64,000 nucleotides of DNA from Bacteroidales bacterium (GTDB lineage: Bacteria > Bacteroidota > Bacteroidia > Bacteroidales > CAIWKO01): NCBI GenBank assembly GCA_018004645.1, contig JAGNBV010000001.1:4665-68664 (forward strand), written 5' to 3'. The translations under genes and the position numbers were made by a program. Below the pieces are notes generated by a model, which saw only the letters and a program-made list of their open reading frames with translations, was not told the DNA's origin and searched no databases. Below, in pieces: positions 47,847 through 56,806 of this stretch. Every line of letters begins with the position of its first letter. Positions within the stretch are counted from its first letter, which is position 1.

Positions 47847-48326
47847 ATGGACGAATTGATTAAGCCCCCTACGGATATTAAATCCATAGAAGAGGAATTA
47901 TTGAAAACAGATCCTAAGCTGTTTGAGGGGGTGCCATCAAAGGCAAAAGTTCGTATTGTAAAAAGTATATCCCAGTTGAAGTATCAATTTCATTCAGGGC
48001 CACTACCGGATGTAGAAACTTTAGAAGGCTACAATAATTTAATACCTAATGGTGCTGATCGTGTAATGAAAATGGCAGAAAAGCAGCAGGATCACAGAAT
48101 AGATATTGAGAAAAAGGCGGTAAAATCTCAATTAAACCAAAGTTTAATAGGGCAAATATTTGCTTTTATTATTGTCTTGTGCTTTTTATGCGCTACGTTT
48201 TACGCTTTTTATAAAGGCTACCCAAAAGCCGGAGCAAGCATGTCGGGTATAAGTCTTGTTTCGCTGGCTGCTTTATTTATCAGGGGAAAGTGGTTTCAGA
48301 GAAAAAGCCTGAAAAGAAAACAATAA
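47847..48326 (+). CDS. DUF2335-like membrane protein
   Basis: HSGPLPDVETLEGYNNLIPNGADRVMKMAEKQQDHR core, then two C-terminal TM helices. Confidence 0.6.
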   Translation: MDELIKPPTDIKSIEEELLKTDPKLFEGVPSKAKVRIVKSISQLKYQFHSGPLPDVETLEGYNNLIPNGADRVMKMAEKQQDHRIDIEKKAVKSQLNQSLIGQIFAFIIVLCFLCATFYAFYKGYPKAGASMSGISLVSLAALFIRGKWFQRKSLKRKQ

Positions 48327-48331
48327 ACTTT

Positions 48332-49516
48332 TTATGGGCTGGAGGCAGCTAACTGGTCGCCTGTACTTTCCACGGTTGCCACATTTCTGAGGCGTACCGC
48401 CAGCGGGTCGGAGCTGTTAGATAGTTCTGCGAGGAAACCTGCAGCGGACATCACCTCGCATGTGCCCACAGTGTTATCAACGGGAACCCCTTTTATCGTT
48501 GCCGACGCCGGAGGAACATGGCAGGTACCTGTTAACTCAGTTGATGGCCCAAAGTTTACACCACTTCTGACATCTGATGTTGGCGGATTGCCAAGAGGTG
48601 ATACGTCAGCAGTATATATATTTTTTTCTACACCTAACTCATCTTTGAATTTCCATGTCGTTGAACCACTGCTTAATAAACACATACGATAAGCATAGAT
48701 AGCCATTGTGGTAGATTTGTTTTCTGCTATCCCTTTAAAATAAATACAACCTCCTCCCGAAGATGCTTGATATATTACAGGTACTTGACTTGCAGGTGGT
48801 GTCTGCATAACCAGTATTCCATTATAGTATATATTATTTGTACCCGTACTGTATATTGCTGGCATTACAGTTGATGACGTTGCAATACCGGTGCTTATAA
48901 ATGAACCTGTTCCGCGTACAGATACAGCTTCACAATTTGCAGATGATAGATTGCCTGTATGTATATAATTTCCAGTGCCCAAAATTACAAGCCCCAATGA
49001 ATTATATTGACTACCAATAGCGGGACCATATCCACCGGATTGAATTATATTACCTGAATGTATGATATTTCCGCCTGTTGTACTATTATAATATATGGCG
49101 TATGAACCATATGCTCCATTATTTATAGTGTTTCCAGTGATATAAACATCACAATTACCTGTGATTGCAAGACATGTTGTTCCGGTTACTTCCCAGTTCC
49201 GGATATCTCCTATGATAATTATAGTTTCAGGACTACTTGCAGTAATCTTAAATGCACCATAGGATGCATACGGTGTTCCTGAATAAAAACCAGTTAGCGT
49301 GGCGACATAAGTACTTGTTGGAAATGTAAATGTACCGCCTACGGTGCCACTACCTCTATTTGTTGTCCTTAATGATTTAATAGACCAGTTTTCCAAATCA
49401 ACAACCATATCTTTGCCGTCAGCATAAACATCATCGTCTATACCAGGGACAAGTCCTGTATTCCATTTTGCACCGTCCGATACATTGCCGGATGCTATTG
49501 CCCATACTGTCGCCAT
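48332..49516 (-). CDS. tail fibre / receptor-binding protein, beta-helix-like repeats
   Basis: 394 aa, G/T/S/N-rich, with repeated xGNxIxxG units. Downstream of a collagen-like fibre gene. Confidence 0.55.
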   Translation of the reverse strand: MATVWAIASGNVSDGAKWNTGLVPGIDDDVYADGKDMVVDLENWSIKSLRTTNRGSGTVGGTFTFPTSTYVATLTGFYSGTPYASYGAFKITASSPETIIIIGDIRNWEVTGTTCLAITGNCDVYITGNTINNGAYGSYAIYYNSTTGGNIIHSGNIIQSGGYGPAIGSQYNSLGLVILGTGNYIHTGNLSSANCEAVSVRGTGSFISTGIATSSTVMPAIYSTGTNNIYYNGILVMQTPPASQVPVIYQASSGGGCIYFKGIAENKSTTMAIYAYRMCLLSSGSTTWKFKDELGVEKNIYTADVSPLGNPPTSDVRSGVNFGPSTELTGTCHVPPASATIKGVPVDNTVGTCEVMSAAGFLAELSNSSDPLAVRLRNVATVESTGDQLAASSP

Positions 49517-49518
49517 GA

Positions 49519-49695
49519 TTATTTACTATTTTCGGTTATAAAATCCTGCTGATATTTGAGCGCATCGGCCAAACTTAGATTAATCTTTTTAAATTCTTTT
49601 GTTTCAGTTTTAGCGCCTTCTTTTTCAATCCAAGAGTCGATAATGAGCACATAGCTGTCTCCAATCGCATTGATAATTATTGAATACTTTCTCAT
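49519..49695 (-). CDS. hypothetical 58-aa protein, possible fibre assembly factor
   Basis: Fills the gap between the fibre genes, with its start 2 nt after the upstream stop. Not in the ORF track. Confidence 0.4.
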   Translation of the reverse strand: MRKYSIIINAIGDSYVLIIDSWIEKEGAKTETKEFKKINLSLADALKYQQDFITENSK

Positions 49696-49696
49696 C

Positions 49697-50047
49697 TTAT
49701 GTATAATTTATGGTTTGTCTTTCTGTCCATCTTACATTATTGGCATGTTTGGTTTCTGTGGTACCGTTGAGGAATACCTCTATACGGGTAATCTTCCAGG
49801 CGGCGGCGCTTTCCGGAGTCCCCAATATAGCCACCCCACAATAACTGTATGGAGCCACCCATAGATGCCGCTTTTCGTAGGTTATGGCATCCTGTCCCGG
49901 CTGTCCTGGCGCCCCCGGTTCTCCCTGGGGGCCTGCAGGGCCGGGTTTCCCATCGTATACATTTACCGTTACCGTTTCAGCGCTCTCGGTAATGTTCACC
50001 GCAACATTTTGCGGCTGTGCGGTTATTTCGATAATTACATTGTCCAT
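49697..50047 (-). CDS. collagen-repeat tail fibre protein
   Basis: GKPGPAGPQGEPGAPGQPGQ G-X-Y run. Confidence 0.6.
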   Translation of the reverse strand: MDNVIIEITAQPQNVAVNITESAETVTVNVYDGKPGPAGPQGEPGAPGQPGQDAITYEKRHLWVAPYSYCGVAILGTPESAAAWKITRIEVFLNGTTETKHANNVRWTERQTINYT

Positions 50048-50054
50048 AGCCTTA

Positions 50055-50399
50055 TTAATGTGTTACATCCTGGGTAATCTGCCACTTGCCCGCCACATAG
50101 GTTTTGATATCTCCGTTAGCCAGTGTGATCTCAATATCATACCAATATAAGGCTGCAGGAAAATCAATGATCTGCTTTTTGATCTGAAATTCTCCGTTGA
50201 CAGCATCGGTTATTGCGATATGGCCTTCGTCAGTAGAAAGTTCATGTGCTACCGGATGCAGGGGTGCCAGACGGAGATGCATCCGGATAGATGCCCCTGT
50301 CAGGGTTAACGGTTCTTCATTGACTGATACCGTGAAGGTGAGCGCTTCAAAGGTATCGCCTTTTACGTGAGGATTAAAGTTATAAATAGCTTGTTCCAT
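50055..50399 (-). CDS. hypothetical structural protein
   Basis: 114-aa ORF tightly packed in the structural operon. Confidence 0.45.
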   Translation of the reverse strand: MEQAIYNFNPHVKGDTFEALTFTVSVNEEPLTLTGASIRMHLRLAPLHPVAHELSTDEGHIAITDAVNGEFQIKKQIIDFPAALYWYDIEITLANGDIKTYVAGKWQITQDVTH

Positions 50400-50401
50400 T
50401 A

Positions 50402-50902
50402 TTATGGGATATTAATTACTGGTGTTGTATTTGTTAAAGGTGTTTGTGAGGTAACTGCCGACCGGTCAACAATCAGCGTCTTATATTCTTCAATGGTGTC
50501 CACTATGCCTTCGTGATTATGGTTAACTGTGCTCGATAGTCTCATGAAGCCATTTGAGGCGCTTGTGGCATTGCTTTGCATTGCGGCAAACAATTTATCT
50601 GGCAGATCAAGATAGTCCAGGGCTTCGCTTTGTAATGGGCTATATTCGGCTGTTTGTGCAAACCATTTAGTGACTATATGCAGGCGTATAACAATCTCTG
50701 CCTGCTGAACCTTGTTTCCGAGTGTTTGCCACTGGTGAGGCATAAATTCAACAAATACGGCAGGAAAGTTAAACGGCGATTCTGCCTCAATGAAATTAAC
50801 CTGCTGGTTCCACAGATCGAAGTGCTGCAGCAACTGCATACCGCTATCATCTTTGATGGCTTTGAGTTTATCTTGTATGTCTAAGTACAACTGCTTCCTC
50901 AT
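50402..50902 (-). CDS. hypothetical structural protein (neck/adaptor position)
   Basis: 166-aa ORF overlapping the gpG-like gene. Confidence 0.45.
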   Translation of the reverse strand: MRKQLYLDIQDKLKAIKDDSGMQLLQHFDLWNQQVNFIEAESPFNFPAVFVEFMPHQWQTLGNKVQQAEIVIRLHIVTKWFAQTAEYSPLQSEALDYLDLPDKLFAAMQSNATSASNGFMRLSSTVNHNHEGIVDTIEEYKTLIVDRSAVTSQTPLTNTTPVINIP

Positions 50903-51387
50903 TTGTTGAATATTAAATTGATTTTTGTATTGATGATGTCCATTATTTTATCGTTCAGCTCTTCGCTGTCGCCAATAAATTGCCGTTTGGGCATAGTAAA
51001 ACCTTTGCCTCGTCCTGCTTTTAACCCGAAGTTGTGAACGGCAGCATAGATCAGATCGCTGTGTATTGTTACTTTACCGTTTTCCGGAGTATATTGGATG
51101 GATCTTCCCAGGTCGCCGGTTTTTCCGGTTAATATTTTTCTGGTGAATGATGCCGGTTGTCTTGTAAGCAACTGCCCCTTTTTACCTTTTTTTCCTGATT
51201 CGGCCATGCGCCTTTTTACTTCGGGCCATGGGTCGCGTTCCCACCCTTCATTCTTAAAATTCAGTTTGAAATGTTTCACCGCCTCCCTACCGATGATCCG
51301 GGGCAGGTCATACGCTATCAGCCTGCTTATTTCAGCAGAATGCTGTTGTATTTTGGCTGCGAATTGTTCCGGTGTGAGGGTGAGCAT
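50899..51387 (-). CDS. phage virion morphogenesis protein (Mu gpG-like)
   Basis: ILTGKTGDLGRSI...YAAVHNFG...MPKRQFIG pattern, directly after the MuF gene. Confidence 0.65.
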   Translation of the reverse strand: MLTLTPEQFAAKIQQHSAEISRLIAYDLPRIIGREAVKHFKLNFKNEGWERDPWPEVKRRMAESGKKGKKGQLLTRQPASFTRKILTGKTGDLGRSIQYTPENGKVTIHSDLIYAAVHNFGLKAGRGKGFTMPKRQFIGDSEELNDKIMDIINTKINLIFNK

Positions 51388-51501
51388 AAATTTATTTTGT
51401 TAAATACTTGATTTTGCTATGTTTATTTTTGTATCTTTGTATTGAGATTTTGAATGTAAGCCGAGGCGGAGTATGGATTCGCTACTACGCATTTCAAAAT
51501 C

Positions 51502-52668
51502 TCATTTTTTTATCCATTTATCAATATCATCAGGTACTCCTTCTTTTACTTTTTTCATATCAATTGTATTAATTATCGCATAGGGAACTTCTGAAAGATA
51601 TTCCTTATGAATAGCAACATTTGCATATTTTTCTACTTTACCAATTGTAACTTTATAATAAAAGAAATATGCTGCTTCACGGTGTTTTTCTTCGGCATCA
51701 GCCCAACCAATGTATTCCCAATTTTTAATACTGCTTTCTAAAAATAATGCCTGAGATTGAATTTTGATAATATAATTATGTCTTGCGATTTGCCTAATGG
51801 AATTTTTAATAATAGTCATTTTTCCAGTTTTGATATTATCTGATTCTACTGGTAACCCTTTTAATGACAATGACTCACGATATGTGCTTAATAATGGTTC
51901 CAAATGGTTTTTAAAAACAAAATGTTCAATTTCTTTCAGATTATTAACTTTTCTTATATACGGATGAGCATCAGTAATCAACTCCCCGGTCATTGCCGGA
52001 TTTCCATCCAGCCCGGTGGCGGGTTTTACTTCCTTCTTAGGAATGCCAGTGGCTTCTTTATCGGTTGGCTGCCAATCGCATTTGCAGTTCCACAGGTTTC
52101 CCGGCTGATTCTCATTCCAGAATGGGTCATTTATAGGCCTGATGGTTCCCACCATGGCCAGATGTTCCTCCCTGGGATTGGCCGATCTGGTCATGATCCA
52201 CTCCATATTCGGATACAGGTCGGCATCCTGCTTAAAGTCTATAAACTGTTTAGCGCTCCTGGCACGCGCAACAATAGCATTGTATTCGGTTGCCTGGTAA
52301 CGGTTGAAGTTTTTTAATACCTGCATGGCGTTTTTATCAAAATCCTTTTCAGGTAGACCCTTCAGAATTCCTGTTACCTTGTAACTTTTATATGCTGCTA
52401 AACGAGCTGTATTCAGTTTAAACTTTTCATTAAGATCAAAATACCTGCTGCCCGTTTCAGGTTCGCCAAACATGGCCAGCCCCTTATGATAATTGTCTTT
52501 ATAGAGTTCAAACAGTTTGGGATGTATGCTGTCATCATAACCGGACTTGATATCTGCCATCACTTCCCTGAAAGTGTCCGAAGCTCTGTTGGTGAAACTG
52601 ACAAGCGGAAAATTGGCTATATGGCAGGCCAGCAGATCAGCATCCTGGGTCTGGTATAGTTTATCCAA
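51502..52668 (-). CDS. MuF-like head morphogenesis protein with C-terminal extension
   Basis: The MuF/SPP1 gp7 core ends at ...NPREEHLAMVGTIRPINDPFW...NLWNCKCDW (~aa 200). A further ~150-190 aa follow. Confidence 0.8.
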   Translation of the reverse strand: MDKLYQTQDADLLACHIANFPLVSFTNRASDTFREVMADIKSGYDDSIHPKLFELYKDNYHKGLAMFGEPETGSRYFDLNEKFKLNTARLAAYKSYKVTGILKGLPEKDFDKNAMQVLKNFNRYQATEYNAIVARARSAKQFIDFKQDADLYPNMEWIMTRSANPREEHLAMVGTIRPINDPFWNENQPGNLWNCKCDWQPTDKEATGIPKKEVKPATGLDGNPAMTGELITDAHPYIRKVNNLKEIEHFVFKNHLEPLLSTYRESLSLKGLPVESDNIKTGKMTIIKNSIRQIARHNYIIKIQSQALFLESSIKNWEYIGWADAEEKHREAAYFFYYKVTIGKVEKYANVAIHKEYLSEVPYAIINTIDMKKVKEGVPDDIDKWIKK

Positions 52669-52691
52669 TTGCCTGCCCCCGTTCCAGGGGC

Positions 52692-53981
52692 TTATACGAA
52701 AAAATCCTTTATCCTTCGTACAATAGTATTAGATGGTTTGTTTGGGTCATTTAAAGGATGTTGGATAGCAGTTTCAATAGCATTTAAAGCGTCGTCATCC
52801 ATTTTTGTGCGCAGCGCTTCGTAGTTTTCTGGTTTTGGAATATCAAACTCCTCGTATATATAATCATCGGCCACAGGAACCTTATTTGACACTTCGTTTA
52901 TCACACTCCATTTTTTCTGGAGTTTGTCCCAGTCTTTTTCAGGCGACTTGTACCATATTTCACCACCGGAAACATTGAACCCGAATACTTTCAGTATGGC
53001 TTTAAACTTTCCGTTGAGCAAGTCGATGATGAATTTCTCGTCCGATTTGTTTTTACTGTCTTCAGCCTCCTGGTGTACATCGCCCAGTGCCCTGGCGCCT
53101 TTATCTCCCTGCTCTGTTGTCAGTGTGTTTCCAAGCATTATCTTTGAGATCTCAGCGTTGCATGCTGCATACAGGTCTTTGTATAAAGAAGAGCTGCCGG
53201 AGCTGTCGGAATTAGGGTGTATCTTAAATTCAGCGCCCTTTGGCAATATGGCATATGATGCGCCCCCGTACACTTCCATGGCCCGTTCAAGTGCAACACG
53301 GGTTTTGTCATCATAATCGTCGTAACGCCCTTCGCGGAAGGGCATGCCAAACATTTCTGCAAACTGTGCCCAGTCGCCGAAATCACCGCGCTTATAAATA
53401 ACATATTGTGCAGATTTTACCAGCAGCCCCATGTCTTTGGGATCGCCGGACCACATCAGGTATCTGCTTAGCGGCGGTTCTTTAAATAAGATGTCTTTAG
53501 AGGCAAACGATTGTTCTTTGCTTATACATTCAAAGTTCCGTTCAGGGTGCACATGTTTGCGCGGTATAAGGTCAAAATCTATAGAATACTGTTCCTCATC
53601 CGCATTATAGGTAATGCCGTTGATCTGCACGAGGGTAAATCCCCAGGCGATAGCATTGTGAAGTTCTTTGAGTAACAACCGCATGGAAGGACAATTAAGC
53701 AATTTGTTCAGTTCGGTATCCTCTTTACCATCACGGACAAATAACAGATCCTTATTCAGTATCATGTCCTGGCGTTTTCCCCAGGTTGCTTCTATCTGAC
53801 CGTCGAGGATGATATCATCATAAAGGTCGTAGAGCAACACGCGTGACGGGTTGTATATGTTTTCAAATTGGCTGATAGCATTTTTCCAGTTAGCAATATC
53901 CTGGGTTTTCCTGTTGACAGGTCTGATCGTGATATTCTGAATCACGATATCTTTTTTTGCGTTTGCTTCAAATCTTTTCAT
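52692..53981 (-). CDS. portal protein (Mu gp29 / DUF935-like)
   Basis: 429 aa, between the terminase and MuF. Confidence 0.75.
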   Translation of the reverse strand: MKRFEANAKKDIVIQNITIRPVNRKTQDIANWKNAISQFENIYNPSRVLLYDLYDDIILDGQIEATWGKRQDMILNKDLLFVRDGKEDTELNKLLNCPSMRLLLKELHNAIAWGFTLVQINGITYNADEEQYSIDFDLIPRKHVHPERNFECISKEQSFASKDILFKEPPLSRYLMWSGDPKDMGLLVKSAQYVIYKRGDFGDWAQFAEMFGMPFREGRYDDYDDKTRVALERAMEVYGGASYAILPKGAEFKIHPNSDSSGSSSLYKDLYAACNAEISKIMLGNTLTTEQGDKGARALGDVHQEAEDSKNKSDEKFIIDLLNGKFKAILKVFGFNVSGGEIWYKSPEKDWDKLQKKWSVINEVSNKVPVADDYIYEEFDIPKPENYEALRTKMDDDALNAIETAIQHPLNDPNKPSNTIVRRIKDFFV

Positions 53982-54403
53982 TAGTAAGAGTTATTGCGTT
54001 TGGTATTTCCGCCGAATGTCAGGTAATTGCTTCCGGAGGTGTTGGAAGCATCCGACAGTCGGGTAAGGCCGTCTAATTGTGCCCTTTCTGCCTGTACATC
54101 CTTCAGAAAACTGATAGTATCTTTATATTTCTGCGCCCTGCTTTCAGGCATGTTTACCGGGTTGCTGATGTTATAGCAGTTATATAAGGCTATATCACGT
54201 ACCATTTTCACCACAAGCACATTACGGCTGCTTCCGCTTTTATTCCATTCGGCCTGCATATTGTAGCGGACGCCCAGGTATGAGTTTACTTCTGCTATGG
54301 CTTCGCTTATGGCATTGCTTATGTTATCCGGGTTACTGCGTGTCAGAACGTTAAGTATTTCGGGATATAAGCCTTTTTCCAGATCGGTTTGGTCTAAATA
54401 CAT
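53981..54403 (-). CDS. DUF1320 (Mu gp36)-like head-tail connector protein
   Basis: MYLDQTDLEKGLYPEIL...AIAEVNSYLGVRYN...DIALYNCY pattern. Confidence 0.55.
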   Translation of the reverse strand: MYLDQTDLEKGLYPEILNVLTRSNPDNISNAISEAIAEVNSYLGVRYNMQAEWNKSGSSRNVLVVKMVRDIALYNCYNISNPVNMPESRAQKYKDTISFLKDVQAERAQLDGLTRLSDASNTSGSNYLTFGGNTKRNNSY

Positions 54404-54410
54404 GTGATTA

Positions 54411-54647
54411 TTATTTGGTGAAATAAATACATATCTTTTGCAGTTCGTTGGCTTCCCTGAGCCGTTTATGAAGCACGCCGTCGTTGATCAGAAAATTTAT
54501 ATGGCTGCGGTCATATACACGGATTTTGTTGAAAATCTTTATTACGTAATGCCTTTTGCCTGTAAGGTCGTGCAGCTTGTTTGCAGTTTTTATGGCAGAT
54601 TTAATCCTGTAATAGTTCCATATTCTTTTAAATAATGTTGTTTCCAT
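54411..54647 (-). CDS. hypothetical 78-aa protein
   Basis: ORF packed between terL and the gp36-like gene. Confidence 0.4.
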   Translation of the reverse strand: METTLFKRIWNYYRIKSAIKTANKLHDLTGKRHYVIKIFNKIRVYDRSHINFLINDGVLHKRLREANELQKICIYFTK

Positions 54648-54649
54648 GT

Positions 54650-56176
54650 TTAAACTCTTTTTTTATTAATTGGCTTCCTGCCAAAATGAATATCCCCGAT
54701 GCTTATCTGAAGGTTTTTTGTATTGGCAATCCATACCCCTCCCTCCACGCAGTCGGGTCCATCTGCAGGGGCGTTCAGTTTCGGGTTGATCAGGAGGAAC
54801 TGCTCCGACAGCCGATCCATGTGCGGATTGCCTTTTTCCTTCTCATTTAATATAAGTCGTCCCTGCCGGTTAATCGGTTCCAGGTTGCCTTCTATACGGC
54901 TGAATTTATCCGGTTTAATGCGTCCATCGGGGGCAATTGAAAGATAATACCCGTTTTTCTTACCGGCCTCAACAAACAGCGGAATAAAAACCTGCTGATA
55001 AAACGGATCCTGCAGTTTGTTGTTTTCGGTAAAGTAATACACCTGTGTTTTACCCGCCACATATTTGTCTAGGTAATAGTACCAGTCAACATATTCAGCA
55101 TTGGTTACATGATCGAGATATCCGGTAATGACATAAAATATACCGTCGATCATCCCGATAAGGAAATTGGCTTTGTAAGAGTTGGCTTTGTTTTTACTAT
55201 TGCTTGGGGCAGGGTCACCATAGCTGATCAGAAACCTGAATTTATGTAATGGCGGTATCTGTCCCCAGTGCAGTTCTTTAAAGGTGTCACCTACCGACAG
55301 TGGATTGTTATAATACTCCTGCTGGGCAGACATAGTGCTTATCTTACTCAGCAGCCTGTCTATTTGCTCTTCGGAGTTTTTTTGCGGCCACGAACTTTTA
55401 CCGTTTTTATCACGTATGTTTACAATATCCCAATTGTCGGACAGTTTACCGGCTCTTACGGTTCCACAGTCTTTGGCGATAATATTGCCACACCATATGA
55501 TAAGTGCAGGTTCCGAAATGGAGCGGGTGGGATACAGCGCCTGTTCAAACCATTTCCATCGGTAATCAATCACATCAGGGTTGCGACAATCCTCGTCAGT
55601 ATCGTAATCATCCACCACTATCAGGTCGGGCCTTACATCCTCGTTTTTGGTACCTCTGGGGCTTTGTCCGGCTCCCAGCGCCCTGAAGGCTGCCCCTGAT
55701 TTCGTCTTAAATTCACCCATCTCCCAGTGGCCATATTCCACCTGGTTGCCATAATAAGCCCTTATTAACGAATTGCTGTCGAGATTAGCGCGGTAAGGTT
55801 CCAGCAGGCGTTCAGCATTATCGTAACTCGAGCTGCAGAAAATAACATTTTTCTTTTTACCGGTAAGTACCAGGTAAAGGACTACCATCATCACCACGGT
55901 GGTTTTGCCTAATTCACGCGACCAGCTCAGTACCTCATACCATTCTTTATTCTGGATCATCCGTCTGATTGCTTTTTTGTGAAATGGGGCAAATTCCGCT
56001 TTGGCATATTTGCGAAAAAAATGATACATCCACTTAACAGGATCCGCTTCAAGTTCCAGACGATGTTTAAGGATCTCTGCAGCCGACATACTGTCTTCAA
56101 TAATGGTGTCGCAAAGGAGCGATTTACGGTATTCGTCCCAATAATTGATGAATTCTCTTGTGGATTTGTTTACCAT
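54650..56176 (-). CDS. terminase large subunit
   Basis: 508 aa. Walker A-like SRELGKTTV, Walker B LIVVDDYD, and a C-terminal nuclease-like half. Confidence 0.85.
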   Translation of the reverse strand: MVNKSTREFINYWDEYRKSLLCDTIIEDSMSAAEILKHRLELEADPVKWMYHFFRKYAKAEFAPFHKKAIRRMIQNKEWYEVLSWSRELGKTTVVMMVVLYLVLTGKKKNVIFCSSSYDNAERLLEPYRANLDSNSLIRAYYGNQVEYGHWEMGEFKTKSGAAFRALGAGQSPRGTKNEDVRPDLIVVDDYDTDEDCRNPDVIDYRWKWFEQALYPTRSISEPALIIWCGNIIAKDCGTVRAGKLSDNWDIVNIRDKNGKSSWPQKNSEEQIDRLLSKISTMSAQQEYYNNPLSVGDTFKELHWGQIPPLHKFRFLISYGDPAPSNSKNKANSYKANFLIGMIDGIFYVITGYLDHVTNAEYVDWYYYLDKYVAGKTQVYYFTENNKLQDPFYQQVFIPLFVEAGKKNGYYLSIAPDGRIKPDKFSRIEGNLEPINRQGRLILNEKEKGNPHMDRLSEQFLLINPKLNAPADGPDCVEGGVWIANTKNLQISIGDIHFGRKPINKKRV

Positions 56177-56607
56177 TATTTGAGGTTGTCTTTTATGAAA
56201 GCGTCAAACAAGCCCGATAGTTCTTTTGCTTTTGCAAGATCAAGGAGGCGCAGCCAGTTTAAAAATCGCACCGATACACTTATAATATCAGCCAGCGAAC
56301 TTTCACGTTCCATCTTGTCGATGGCGCTGGCCAGTTTGTTTATAGAATCAGCCTCGGCTGGTGTGGCATATTTCTGATCTCGTTCCGAAATGGTTTTATT
56401 GATCTCGGCAATTTGCATGTACAGGCGTTGTAATTGCTGTTCGCGGGTTACTGTAAGACTTGCCTTTTGTTCCTCCCACTTGCCTTTCTTAACCCATTTG
56501 TTTACAGTGACTTTGCTAACGCCGACCTTTTCAGCTATCTCTATCTGTGAAAGGTTTTCGAGTGTAAACAATAACTTGGCCCATTCCTCTTTTTCCTTGA
56601 TCTTCAT
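56176..56607 (-). CDS. terminase small subunit (HTH)
   Basis: N-terminal HTH LSQIEIAEKVGVSKVTVNKWV. ATGA overlap with terL. TATTTTTG box (complement of 56629-56636). Confidence 0.6.
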   Translation of the reverse strand: MKIKEKEEWAKLLFTLENLSQIEIAEKVGVSKVTVNKWVKKGKWEEQKASLTVTREQQLQRLYMQIAEINKTISERDQKYATPAEADSINKLASAIDKMERESSLADIISVSVRFLNWLRLLDLAKAKELSGLFDAFIKDNLK

Positions 56608-56806
56608 TTACATTATTATTATAATGCCCAAAAATATAAGATCACTCCGCAAAATCGTAAAATCACTCAAAACCTTTGAACAACTACTCAAGAAACTTAA
56701 ACGATTGTATTAAAAACCTTAACGATTTCGGAAAAAGGTAAAAAGACATATTATTATTGCACCCACGGTGATGGTGATTGTGAAAAAGTTTTAATGAAAA
56801 GGTCAG

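Noticed and set aside
49697-50047. Collagen G-X-Y repeats as a sign of eukaryotic contamination
   Set aside because: The run is short (about 7 triplets) and embedded in a phage fibre gene cluster. Collagen-like repeats are common in phage tail fibres.
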